Positions 1-9,020 of a stretch of 64,000 bases of DNA are shown here, piece after piece. Location: positions 13,006-77,005 of the IMG/VR virus record IMGVR_UViG_2844571421_000002; one strand, written 5' to 3'. How positions within the stretch are numbered: position 1 is the stretch's first letter; the number at the start of each line of letters is the position of its first letter. Origin of the DNA: a virus. Taxonomy: Duplodnaviria > Caudoviricetes. The notes below the pieces were generated by a model. It was given only the letters and a program-made list of their open reading frames with translations, made no database searches and was not told the DNA's origin. The position numbers and the translations under genes were made by a program.

Positions 1-363
1 GCTCCCGTCAGTGCCGACGTAGTTGGGGCTGCCTTCGTCCACCTCAATCAGCACGTAGCCCGCGGCATTCACGAGATGCAGCACGTCGAGGGCCGCGAGC
101 GCGAGCGCCTGTCCCTCTCTGAAGCTCTCACGCGCCGAGCGCACGCGGACCTGACAGGTGACAGTCCGGTACGTCTTGCGTCCCCCGCCGATGTAGCTCT
201 GCGGCGGCTCCCCTCCGGTTTGCAACACGAAGCACGCAACGTCCGGCACCGTGGCGTCGTCGTCTTCGAGCGTCGGGCCGAGAAACAGGTTGGCCCCGGC
301 GCTCAGGTTGAGGCCCCCAGCGGCGAGAATCGTCGCGAGGTCGGCAGCAGTGTCGCGGGCCAT
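1..363 (-). CDS. Tail terminator/completion protein (3' end outside window)
   Basis: Near-identical to 40521-40940; ATG overlaps upstream stop (TAATG); neck-gene position. Confidence 0.6.
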   Translation of the reverse strand, partial: MARDTAADLATILAAGGLNLSAGANLFLGPTLEDDDATVPDVACFVLQTGGEPPQSYIGGGRKTYRTVTCQVRVRSARESFREGQALALAALDVLHLVNAAGYVLIEVDEGSPNYVGTDGS

Positions 364-686
364 TAGAGCCAAACCTTCCGGTAGCGCAGGACGCCCGCCC
401 CGTCGACGTGCTCGTCAACGGCGGCAGGGCGACGGGCGTGGTTGAAGTCGGTGATGTCGTCGCCCTTGAACCAAAGCCGGTGGCGCAGGGTGACGGGTGC
501 TTCGGTGTAGACGACGAAGGAGGCGACGAACTCGGCGCCGTTGGCGTCGCGAATCAGCTTTCGACTCGGCTGGATGCGCGCGGGAGCTTCCTGGATGGGG
601 CCCAGCAGAGGAGTCCCCCACGCGTCGCGTCCGACGACTTCGGCGTAGCGGATGAGCTGCCGAAAGAGCGCGGCTGGCCCACTCAT
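363..686 (-). CDS. Head-closure (stopper) protein
   Basis: MSGPAALF..RYRKVWL, start chosen at TGATG overlap; position after adaptor; homolog at 40940-41263. Confidence 0.55.
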   Translation of the reverse strand: MSGPAALFRQLIRYAEVVGRDAWGTPLLGPIQEAPARIQPSRKLIRDANGAEFVASFVVYTEAPVTLRHRLWFKGDDITDFNHARRPAAVDEHVDGAGVLRYRKVWL

Positions 687-1342
687 CAACTCGCCCTCCA
701 CAGGACGTGCGGCGCGACGAGCAGCTCGGCGCGGGGACTGGCAAGCCGCTGGCCCGCGCTTCGCTCCCGGTAGCTCACGGACCAATCCCCGAGACTCTCG
801 CTGGACACGTCGGCATCCCGCCCCCGGCCCCGGTACAGCGCGCAGGCTTCGAGGATGGCGGCCTCTTCGACTTCGGAGGGCAGGGTCACGGGCCCCTGAG
901 ACGCGTCGAGGGCCACTTGCCCCGGCGTCACGTAGCCTCCTGTGTACGTCACGGCCAGCGCATCGGGGCGCCCCTGCCGCATCTCCACTGTCAGGGTGAC
1001 GAGTCCGCCGACGCGCGCCGTCACGGGCCACAATCCGGCAAGCCGGTAGAGGAGGCCCCCCGCCGCGAGGTCCCCGGCATGGGTATAGGCCGTGGCGTCG
1101 AGCAGCTCGCCCCCTTCCGTCACATGGAGGACTTCGACGAGCGGCGGGCGGCTCAGGAGGACGTAGGGGCGGCCGTAGCTGTCCGGGTACTCCGTCACCG
1201 TGGCCCGCTCGAAGGCCCGGCCGCACAGCCTCGCGATTGCACTGCTGGCGGCAGTGACGTAGCGCTCGACGTGCGAGTCGGAGGGCACGCCCAGGTCGGC
1301 GGCCACGGTGGCGGCAAGGCAGAGGTCAGTCGGGCGGGCCAT
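686..1342 (-). CDS. Head-tail connector/adaptor
   Basis: V.Y.GGY, LP.EVEEAAI and SESLGDWSVSY motifs typical of gp6/gp15-like adaptors. Confidence 0.65.
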   Translation of the reverse strand: MARPTDLCLAATVAADLGVPSDSHVERYVTAASSAIARLCGRAFERATVTEYPDSYGRPYVLLSRPPLVEVLHVTEGGELLDATAYTHAGDLAAGGLLYRLAGLWPVTARVGGLVTLTVEMRQGRPDALAVTYTGGYVTPGQVALDASQGPVTLPSEVEEAAILEACALYRGRGRDADVSSESLGDWSVSYRERSAGQRLASPRAELLVAPHVLWRAS

Positions 1343-1432
1343 GGAAGGGGCTCAGGACGGCGTAGGAACGACGAAGCCGGGGCCCCCAGGGGAAAGGGAG
1401 CCCCGGCCCGGGAAATGAGGCATGGCGCGGCG

Positions 1433-1846
1433 CTAGGTGGCGGGAATCTCGTCCGGCCCGCACAGGACAATCAGGCTGGAGGCGCCCAGGGTGGGAGACG
1501 TGCCCCCCGTGAGGGCCACCGTCTCGACGACTCGGAGGTAGCGCTGCGCCGTAGGGAGCCGGACGTTGACCCGGGCCACCGCGTTTGCCGTCGTCAGCGG
1601 CGCGATGGCGGCTTCGGACAGGTCCGTCCATCCGTTCTGGCCATCGGCGCTGTCCTGGAGCTTCGCAGCCAGCGACAGCGCTGTCGGGGCGCCCGTAGCT
1701 GCCCCCGTCGAGGCCGTCAGCACGCACGAGTCGAAGCTGAAGCGGTCGACAGCGGCACTGTTTCGCGTCCCCGCGCTCACTGCGGCGGGCACAGTCCCGG
1801 GGCGAATGCCGACGAGCACGCCCGCGTCGGTGGAATTGGCGTTCAT
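1433..1846 (-). CDS. Small beta-rich virion protein (head decoration/cement-like)
   Basis: Directly downstream of the major capsid gene; conserved at 42009-42422; function from position only. Confidence 0.45.
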   Translation of the reverse strand: MNANSTDAGVLVGIRPGTVPAAVSAGTRNSAAVDRFSFDSCVLTASTGAATGAPTALSLAAKLQDSADGQNGWTDLSEAAIAPLTTANAVARVNVRLPTAQRYLRVVETVALTGGTSPTLGASSLIVLCGPDEIPAT

Positions 1847-1857
1847 GGTGGGGCCTC

Positions 1858-2946
1858 TCAGGTGTAGGTGATGGAGCTGAACGCCTTCGGCTGGCGGACC
1901 TTGAAGTCGCCCTTCACGATGGCGCGAACCGTCGTCTCGTCGTACTCGGCGCGGACGTCGTGTTCCGACAGGATGAGGTCTTCGTCGATGCCGTAGATGA
2001 ACTGTCGCCAGTCCGCCGAGAAGGTGATGCGCGACACCGGCACGCGGGTCGTCATCACGAAGGGGAAGCCGCGAATCGTCCCCCGGTCGAGCATCTCCTG
2101 GCGGAACACCCAGACGCCGGAATTCTGGAGCTGAAGGAGCGCCGTCGCCCGCGTCGGGTGAAGCACCCACGCCGCGTTGCCCATGCGCACATGCGCCGTC
2201 AGCGGCAGTTCGACGGCCTTGTCGATGTCGGCCAAGTAGGCCGCTGCCGTCGTCCCAGTGGAAGCGAAGGTGTGCGCGGCGTCGAGCTGAGCGAAGAGCC
2301 CCTTCGGCGCGGCGCCCGTACCGTCCCCGTTGAAGCCCGCGTCGTCCAGGCCATCGGCCACCGTCGCCCGGATGTCCTCGCCGACGCCCGCGTCACCCAC
2401 GCCCGGCGTGCGCAGCAAGTCGTTGCTGATGTCGGTCAGCACCATGCCCTTGTGCGCCTTGAGGACAATCTTCCCGTACTTCGGCGCGCTCTTCGGCACC
2501 GTCTCGCCCTCCCCTACCCACTTGAAGACGGACGTCCCGGTCTGCTTGCCCATGTGCAGCTCGCCCTTGAATGTCTGGGTGCGCACGCCCAGCTTGAGCA
2601 TCGCCGCGTCGGGACGAAGGAACTCAATCACTTCGCCGCTCTGCTGGATGGGCACCAGCACACCGGCCGAGTCGAACTTGCTGAGCTGAACGGCCTTCTG
2701 GACGTCGGCGTTGCCGAAGCGCTTCGCGGCGTCGACCAGTTCGGCAGCTCCGGTGCGGCGGCCCGCCGCGATGACGCTCTTCGCGAAGGCACCGAAGTTC
2801 TCCGTGCTCGCGTAGACGCCAGTCCCGCGCGGCGCGTTGCCCGGCTCAGCCCGGCCCGGGGCGCTTCGAGCGGCGGCGTCCATCAGCTCTCGCGCGACCT
2901 CGGGGCCGAGCGCCTTCACCATCTGTGCGATTTGCTCGCGAGTCAT
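1858..2946 (-). CDS. Major capsid protein, HK97 fold
   Basis: AGVLVP..SGEVIEFLR, WVGEG..VP, ISNDLL, D.A.FNGDG motifs. Confidence 0.9.
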   Translation of the reverse strand: MTREQIAQMVKALGPEVARELMDAAARSAPGRAEPGNAPRGTGVYASTENFGAFAKSVIAAGRRTGAAELVDAAKRFGNADVQKAVQLSKFDSAGVLVPIQQSGEVIEFLRPDAAMLKLGVRTQTFKGELHMGKQTGTSVFKWVGEGETVPKSAPKYGKIVLKAHKGMVLTDISNDLLRTPGVGDAGVGEDIRATVADGLDDAGFNGDGTGAAPKGLFAQLDAAHTFASTGTTAAAYLADIDKAVELPLTAHVRMGNAAWVLHPTRATALLQLQNSGVWVFRQEMLDRGTIRGFPFVMTTRVPVSRITFSADWRQFIYGIDEDLILSEHDVRAEYDETTVRAIVKGDFKVRQPKAFSSITYT

Positions 2947-3776
2947 TCCTTCACTCCTCGGATGTAGCCCTTGAATGCCTCGACGAAGCTCTTCGCGGCG
3001 TCGGCGGCGTTGAAACCCTTCGTCTCGTCTTCGTCCTCGTCGGGCTCGCTCTTCTGCTCGTCCTCGACGTCTTCCTCACTCGTCGACTTCGATTCGTCCT
3101 CGACGTCTTCGTCGTCGGGCTCGCTCTTCTGCTCGTCCTCGACGTCTTCGTCGGTCGACTTCGCTTCGTCTTCGTCGGTCGACTTCGCTTCGGCCCGTGC
3201 GTCGAGCAGCTCGACAACGCGCGTCGCAATGCGTTCAACGAGGTCGTCGGGCGCTTCGTCCAGGGACTTCGAGCGCACGGCCCGCGAGTTTCCCGGAATC
3301 GTCACGACGGAGACTTCGAGCAGTTCCTGTGCGTCGCAGTCGTAGCCGCCGCGCTCGTTCTGCCGATACTGGCCAGGGAGCATGAGGTAACGGACGGAAA
3401 CGGCATTCAGGATGCCCTTTGAAACCTTGCGTTCGACCTTCTTCGCGAACTCGTCTTCGTCGTCGAATTCGATGTCCACCATCAGGGCGTCGCCCTCGAC
3501 GTAGACGCGCCCCTTCCCAATGGGCAACTGCGGCTCAGCGCCCGTCATCGCGGCGCTCGCCCCGTCATCGTGGTTGTAGAGGACGACGCCGTTCGCGTTG
3601 TAGCCGTCCACCCGCCAGCCTTTGACGTTCAGCCGGTCCGAGTAGCGGTCGAAGTCGCCGTCACTCGCTTTGAACTTGAAGACGCGTCGTCCGCCAATGG
3701 ACTCGACGGCGCTCAACGTCGCCGCGTCCTTTCGAACGGCGCTCAGCCGCAGGGAGCGTGTAATGGTTCCAGTCAT
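2943..3776 (-). CDS. HK97-family prohead protease with acidic C-terminal tail
   Basis: DRYSD, VLYNHD, LNAVSVRY, LLEVSVVTIPGN motifs; D/E-rich repeat tail. Confidence 0.87.
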   Translation of the reverse strand: MTGTITRSLRLSAVRKDAATLSAVESIGGRRVFKFKASDGDFDRYSDRLNVKGWRVDGYNANGVVLYNHDDGASAAMTGAEPQLPIGKGRVYVEGDALMVDIEFDDEDEFAKKVERKVSKGILNAVSVRYLMLPGQYRQNERGGYDCDAQELLEVSVVTIPGNSRAVRSKSLDEAPDDLVERIATRVVELLDARAEAKSTDEDEAKSTDEDVEDEQKSEPDDEDVEDESKSTSEEDVEDEQKSEPDEDEDETKGFNAADAAKSFVEAFKGYIRGVKE

Positions 3777-3783
3777 GCCCCCG

Positions 3784-3814
3784 GTAAATGCGTGCGACTT
3801 CTGCGGATGGCTCA
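3784..3814 (-). promoter_or_regulatory. 31-bp phage motif upstream of protease/capsid operon
   Basis: TGAGCCATCCGCAGAAGTCGCACGCATTTAC, 8 nt from CATTTA to ATG. Confidence 0.75.
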
Positions 3815-5170
3815 GCCGTCCTTCGTCGCCTCGGCATGCGCTTCCGCCGAGCTGCCCTCAACGGGCGTCGGCGTCTCTCCGGGCTCGTTGGGCTTCTGCC
3901 CCGGCAGCAGCTCCGCGAAGCCTTGCCGCTCCGGGTGAGGCTTGAACCCCGCTTCGACTCGCCACTCGTCGAAGGTGAAGGCGCTCGGGAGCGTCCCCAT
4001 CACCCGCAGCCGGTGCTCACGGTCGGCAGGCACGGGAGAGTCGTAGGAGAGAAGCACGTCGTCTTCGAAGCGGGGCGCCAGGTGCTTTTGCATCGACGCG
4101 AGGAAGACTTCGGCGCGCGGCTTCGTCGCCTGTTCGGCAAGGTGCTCGCGCGCTGCGTAGCTGGTCGCCTTGTTGCTGCTCGTCACGTCGCCCACAATCT
4201 CCGGCGGCACCCGGTAGACCATCCGCACGAAGTCCATGAGGAAGCGGCGCAGGTCGACGAGCTGCATGTCGCGGAAGGGCGTGTCGAGCCGGGCAAACGT
4301 CGTCCGGCCGCTCGTAATCATCACCCGGCCTGCGTTGGCGGGGCCCCCGTACTCACGCGCAAGCGATTCCTTGAAGGCCCTCGCGGGCCCGGCCTGAGAC
4401 TCGTTGAAGCCCTCAATCGCGATGACGGCGCCCGGAAGCATGTTGTTGAAGAAGGCGTTCTTTGTGAAGCGCGCCGCGTGCTCGTCGGTGTCGACCTCGT
4501 CGCCCAGGGCGTATGCGATGCCGATACCGCGGCCGAGTGGGTCAGCCGGGTTCAGACGCTTCACGAAGATGACGCTCGCCGCAGGGAGGAGGAACGTCCG
4601 TCCGCCAGCGGCCACCGTGTAAGTGCGCTCGGACTTCGGCTTGCTCAAATCTGGAAGCGCGAGGACGCAATCGGGCGGCACGGGCCACAGGCCCACGGGC
4701 ACGCCCGCCAGCTCTTCGACGACGGCGAAGAACTCGCCCGTCAGGTCGTAGTGCAGACAGAAGAGCTTCGCGAAGTCGCGGCCCGTCATGTAGTCGTTCG
4801 GGTCCGCCAGCAGCCGCAACAGGGGATGGTCGGGCAGCTCCACCGCGCCCCCCGTCTCGACGAGCGACTTCAACCGCTCCCGGCGAATGTCGCCACAGGC
4901 CCGCCGCAGCGACACGTCGACGAGCGTCTTCCGCGTCGTGGGGTCCTGCCGCGTGAAGGCCCGCCACGTCACGTCCGCGAAGGCATCGCCCACCGTGTCG
5001 ACGATAGTGCCGAGCCACGGCATCTCGGCGTAGGCCGCGAGCAGCGCGGGCACCTCCCGACGCGGCGGGGCCGACGCCCAACGGCTCAGCTCCAGCCCCG
5101 TTCCCTTGCGCTTGCCGCTACCGCGAAGCGCGGCGCGCATCCTGTCCAACATCCCCATGGAGAACCTCAC
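3812..5170 (-). CDS. Portal protein (HK97 family)
   Basis: NPADPLGRGIG, FFNNMLPGAVI, GGPANAG, VYRVPPEIVG motifs; lies between terL and protease. Confidence 0.9.
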   Translation of the reverse strand: MRFSMGMLDRMRAALRGSGKRKGTGLELSRWASAPPRREVPALLAAYAEMPWLGTIVDTVGDAFADVTWRAFTRQDPTTRKTLVDVSLRRACGDIRRERLKSLVETGGAVELPDHPLLRLLADPNDYMTGRDFAKLFCLHYDLTGEFFAVVEELAGVPVGLWPVPPDCVLALPDLSKPKSERTYTVAAGGRTFLLPAASVIFVKRLNPADPLGRGIGIAYALGDEVDTDEHAARFTKNAFFNNMLPGAVIAIEGFNESQAGPARAFKESLAREYGGPANAGRVMITSGRTTFARLDTPFRDMQLVDLRRFLMDFVRMVYRVPPEIVGDVTSSNKATSYAAREHLAEQATKPRAEVFLASMQKHLAPRFEDDVLLSYDSPVPADREHRLRVMGTLPSAFTFDEWRVEAGFKPHPERQGFAELLPGQKPNEPGETPTPVEGSSAEAHAEATKDG

Positions 5171-6582
5171 ACCGCGAAGAACTGTTCGACGAAGACCAGG
5201 TCATGCACGCCCCAGCAGAAGGCGTCGGCCCTGTCATCCCTTCGGCCGTTAATCCCCGTGAATTTGCTGAGCTGCGCTTCCAGCTTCGGGAAGGTGCCGA
5301 CGAACTCGACGCGGCCCGCTTCGGCCAGGGCGGACACCGGCTCGGCACGCTTGCTCTTCGCGCTCGTCGCCCGCACGGGCTTCACGTTGACGCTCACGCC
5401 CATTTCCCCGGCAACGGTGCTGATGAGCGTCTCCACCATCTCCCCGCCCGTGTTCACCTCGACGACGAGCGCGTCACAGGCCCATTCGAGATAGGCCCGA
5501 ATGGCCGTCGTCGCCCACTCGCGGGGACTGGCCCGGCGCGACAGGTCGGCCAGGACCGAAACCCGCTTGAGCGGGACACCGTCGGCCCCGAAGAGCGCGC
5601 TCGACTTGCAGCCTTCGACGATGATGCCCGTTTCGTCCGAGCCAGTTTCGCTCGTTGGGCTTGGGTCCACGCTGACGATGCGCCTGTCGAGCTGCTGCGC
5701 GTACTCGTGCGGGTCGGCGTCGACACGGCCCCACTTCGCCGAGCCAAAGATGGCCCCAGGCACGTCGAAGAGCAGGCGGCCGAGAACCTCTTGCTGCCCC
5801 CAGCGGGTGTTCGCCAGCGCCCGCATGTTCGCCACGGCCGACGGTGCCAGGTTCGCCGCGTTGCTGAGTGAAGAGCCCGTGCGAAGCACCACGCCCGGCT
5901 TGAGTTCCTGCGTCTCCGCGTTCGCGAAGAGCAGTTCTTCAATCTTCTTCAGCGGGCGCGGCGTCCCCGTCAGAAGGAGCTGCGGCGGGTCCTCTCGCGA
6001 GCCGATGCGCAACACGAGCGGGAGCTGATCGACCGCGGCCATGTCGTGTTTCCAGCTCGCAGGCTCGTCGCCCCAGCCCCATCCTGCATTCGGGCCGCGC
6101 AGCCGGTCGGGCTTATCCGCCGAGTAGCAGATGGCATAGACGCCGTTGGGCCACGTCACCCGGCGCTTGCTGGGCTCGTACTTGGGGGTAAACCAGGGGG
6201 GCGACAGGGCGAGGATGCCGGACGCGCCGCGAATCATGGTGTCGCGCACGTCTGCCGCAGTCGGGCCGATGAGGGCTCCGACGCTCTTCGCCTGCCACGC
6301 CTTTTTGATGACCCAACGCGCGCCGCACCACGTCTTCCCGAAGCCGCGCCCGGCCATGACGAAGCACGTCGAGAACTTGTCCGGGGGCGACTGCTCGCGA
6401 CGCGCCCAGAAGTCGAGGTCGTAAACGAGCAGCTCGACTTCCTTGTCGTCGAGCCCACCGAAGAGCTTCGCGAGCTGAGCGCGGGAACCGGCCGTTTGCA
6501 CCATCCGGGATGCGGGGGACTCGTGCGGCGCGAGCCCCTCGGCGAACTTCCCCCATGCGCCCTTCGACAGAAGGCTACGCAT
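5167..6582 (-). CDS. terL: Terminase large subunit
   Basis: Walker A GRGFGKT, Walker B WGWGDE, LLTGTP, nuclease VSVDPS..SDETG..DDRADA. Confidence 0.92.
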   Translation of the reverse strand: MRSLLSKGAWGKFAEGLAPHESPASRMVQTAGSRAQLAKLFGGLDDKEVELLVYDLDFWARREQSPPDKFSTCFVMAGRGFGKTWCGARWVIKKAWQAKSVGALIGPTAADVRDTMIRGASGILALSPPWFTPKYEPSKRRVTWPNGVYAICYSADKPDRLRGPNAGWGWGDEPASWKHDMAAVDQLPLVLRIGSREDPPQLLLTGTPRPLKKIEELLFANAETQELKPGVVLRTGSSLSNAANLAPSAVANMRALANTRWGQQEVLGRLLFDVPGAIFGSAKWGRVDADPHEYAQQLDRRIVSVDPSPTSETGSDETGIIVEGCKSSALFGADGVPLKRVSVLADLSRRASPREWATTAIRAYLEWACDALVVEVNTGGEMVETLISTVAGEMGVSVNVKPVRATSAKSKRAEPVSALAEAGRVEFVGTFPKLEAQLSKFTGINGRRDDRADAFCWGVHDLVFVEQFFAV

Positions 6583-7051
6583 CGCTGGCCCCCTTGTCCT
6601 CGAGTTGCTCGGACGGCGCCGCTTCGGCAGGCGGGGACGCTGGCGGCTCGTCCGGGAGGAACTTCCCCAGCCGGTCAATCAGTAGCTCGCGCAGCGCGGC
6701 AGTGTCGGCGGCCTGGTCCTCGGGGCTCTTCGCCTCGACGTTGTCGCGTCGGCCGTACAGCTCCGGGAAGCGGCGGCTCAAGAGCCACTGGACGTGCTTC
6801 GGGTTCGTCGTCGCGGCGGCCTGGAGAGTCTCTGTCGCCCCCTGCATGAACTCCGCTTCAGCCCGGTTCACCGCGACGAAGAACTCGCGGTAGAGCCCGC
6901 GCGCCTCGCTCGCGCCCCGGTGAAACCAACGGGAAACGGTCTGCTCGTCGACGCCTACGAGGCCCGCAGCCGCTCGACGGAAGAGGCCCGAGCGCAAGTG
7001 CTCGCAGATCTGCTGTTGAAGCTCAGGAGTGAGTTTGGTTGGTCGCGCCAC
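6575..7051 (-). CDS. terS: Terminase small subunit
   Basis: MARPTKLTPE N-terminus, HTH-like segment, WLLSRRFPELYG; overlaps terL start. Confidence 0.72.
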   Translation of the reverse strand: MARPTKLTPELQQQICEHLRSGLFRRAAAGLVGVDEQTVSRWFHRGASEARGLYREFFVAVNRAEAEFMQGATETLQAAATTNPKHVQWLLSRRFPELYGRRDNVEAKSPEDQAADTAALRELLIDRLGKFLPDEPPASPPAEAAPSEQLEDKGASDA

Positions 7052-7056
7052 ACCCG

Positions 7057-7087
7057 GTAAATGCGTGCGGTTTCGCGAAGTTTTTCA
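7057..7087 (-). promoter_or_regulatory. 31-bp phage motif upstream of terS
   Basis: ..GAAACCGCACGCATTTAC, 6 nt before GTG; upstream box degenerate. Confidence 0.7.
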
Positions 7088-7260
7088 GGGGAGCGCTCAA
7101 CAAAACGCATCGACCCACGGTTTTTCTCAGAATTTTTCGAAAGTGGGGGCGCTCCGAGCAAGCCTAGAATCCACCGCAGAAAGAAAATCCAGGCCGGGGG
7201 GCCACCACCGATAAACCGCTCAGATGGTAAGCCCGGCTCCTCTCGGAGTAGACTTCGACA

Positions 7261-7650
7261 ATGACCAAGTGGGCGAAGTGGAAACAGCGAGCACAAGAAC
7301 TCAAGCGCGAAACGGTGGTGCTCGTCATTGCCATGCGGCGCCCAGACGTGCCATGGCATGCGAAGTTGCTGGCCGCGCTGGTGGTGGCTTATGCGTTCAG
7401 CCCCATCGACCTCATCCCGGACTTCATCCCCGTCTTGGGCTATCTGGATGATTTGGTCCTGCTCCCGCTGGGCATTCTCCTCGTGCGAAGGCTCATCCCG
7501 CCGGCCGTCCTAGAGGAGTGCCGGGCGCAGGTTCAACGCGAGGAGGGCCGGAAGAAAACAAGCTGGGCGGCAGCCATTGTCATTATCCTGTTGTGGGTTT
7601 CACTGGGCATGTTCCTCGTCCGCTGGTGGCTGCACCGCCATCACGCATAG
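7261..7650 (+). CDS. YkvA/DUF1232-family membrane protein (cargo)
   Basis: PWHAK..AYAFSPIDLIPDFIPVLGYLDDL signature. Confidence 0.82.
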   Translation: MTKWAKWKQRAQELKRETVVLVIAMRRPDVPWHAKLLAALVVAYAFSPIDLIPDFIPVLGYLDDLVLLPLGILLVRRLIPPAVLEECRAQVQREEGRKKTSWAAAIVIILLWVSLGMFLVRWWLHRHHA

Positions 7651-7777
7651 ATAGGGGCCACCACTCATAATCTGCCAGACGGTCGACTCAGTCCCTCTCT
7701 GAGTGGGGACAATGGGCAGGCTGCTCGCTCTCCCATTTTCAAAGGGGAGCGGCAATCAGTTTCAGGATTCAACGTGA

Positions 7778-8074
7778 TCACTTGGCAATGATGCGTGCGT
7801 CACATGCCTGCACATCTGCACACCACGCCCGCCAGCGTCGCTGCCATGCCCCATCATCAGTGAGCCGCTCGTCGACCGTTAGCTCGCCGTGCCCACGTAA
7901 TAGGCGCAGGCCGCACAGGTCACACGGCATCGCGTACAGGTTCCGCCGTCGCGTCGCCTCCACGTCCGCGCATGCCATGTGACGAGCGCCAGTCGCGCGC
8001 TCGTAGGTGATGACCTCCCCTCGATCGATAGCGAGTGAGCACACGGCACAGGGGGAGCATCGCGAAGCCAGCAT
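7778..8074 (-). CDS. Small Cys/His-rich (Zn-binding) protein
   Basis: CxxC..HxxC and CxxC..C..C motifs; conserved at 49935-50243. Confidence 0.5.
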   Translation of the reverse strand: MLASRCSPCAVCSLAIDRGEVITYERATGARHMACADVEATRRRNLYAMPCDLCGLRLLRGHGELTVDERLTDDGAWQRRWRAWCADVQACDARIIAK

Positions 8075-8084
8075 GACGGGCACG

Positions 8085-8915
8085 CTACTGGTCCTGTCTG
8101 ACGAGCACCTCGCGCAGCTCAGCCAGCGCACGCGCGAGCATCCGGTCGACGCGACTCTTCGGCGCGCCCCATGCTTCCGCCACGGAGCGCACCGACTGCG
8201 CCGGGCGGTTGAGACCGAAGACGCGTGAAACAAGCTCCCGCTGCTCAGTGGCCAGCCGTCGCACGGCGTCGAACACGAGGGCTCGTCGCTCAGCCGCCAG
8301 CAACTTTGCCTCTGGCGTCTCTTCGTCGGCGTCCAGGCACGACATCTCGCGGAGTGCGGATTCCAACTCGTCGACCCATGAGGCATCGGCCGAAGCACCG
8401 TCCGAAAAATGAGACGGTATGTCCATGCGGTGGACTCGGACGACGTTGCGTTCGTTGCTACGGATTGAACGCACGGTGCGACGCTTGTGCCCGCCGTCGC
8501 TCAGGTGAACGTCGGTGCCGTGCAAGCGCGCGTACTGTTCGCAAGCAGCCCGCGCCCGGAAGTAGGCAACCTGGCCGAACGACTGGCGCCCCCTCGTGGC
8601 GTCGTACTTGGACACCGCGCGAAGCACCGCCATGGCGGCAACTTGCGCGAGGTCATCAGGCGACAGCGAGCCCGCGATGGGCAAGAGGGCCCCGACGATG
8701 CACCGGATGAGGGGTCTCATGGAGTCGATCAACTCAGCGGACAACCGTCGCTCCAGCACTGCGTTGCCGCCCGCGCGGGCCGACAGGATGCGGGACACGA
8801 GTTCGGATTGCCGGGCCGCCCGAAGGCCATACTCACCGTGTGAAACATGCTTTTTCGCACTACCCTTGCGACAAATGGCTGCGTGAGACATCGCCCCGAC
8901 AGGAGCATGCCGCAT
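8085..8915 (-). CDS. Phage sigma-70 family factor (start uncertain; open frame extends to 9152)
   Basis: Region 2 DDLAQVAAMAVLRAVSKYDATRG..F..AYF; region 4 HTH SVRSVAEAWGAPKSRVDRMLARAL. Confidence 0.88.
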   Translation of the reverse strand: MRHAPVGAMSHAAICRKGSAKKHVSHGEYGLRAARQSELVSRILSARAGGNAVLERRLSAELIDSMRPLIRCIVGALLPIAGSLSPDDLAQVAAMAVLRAVSKYDATRGRQSFGQVAYFRARAACEQYARLHGTDVHLSDGGHKRRTVRSIRSNERNVVRVHRMDIPSHFSDGASADASWVDELESALREMSCLDADEETPEAKLLAAERRALVFDAVRRLATEQRELVSRVFGLNRPAQSVRSVAEAWGAPKSRVDRMLARALAELREVLVRQDQ

Positions 8916-9020
8916 GCCGACAACGCTCGATTCACAGACAGTCTCAGACACGGTGATTGAACGCCTCGCCCGGAATGGGCCACACGAAGCTGGCCCTGCG
9001 GCACCACTGCCGCTCCCCCG

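Noticed and set aside
3788-5494. Long antisense ORFs (e.g. 3788-5494, 10167-11657, 36872-38725, 46361-48007)
   Set aside because: Shadow frames of GC-rich genes on the opposite strand; no motifs, and ends are not conserved between the two copies
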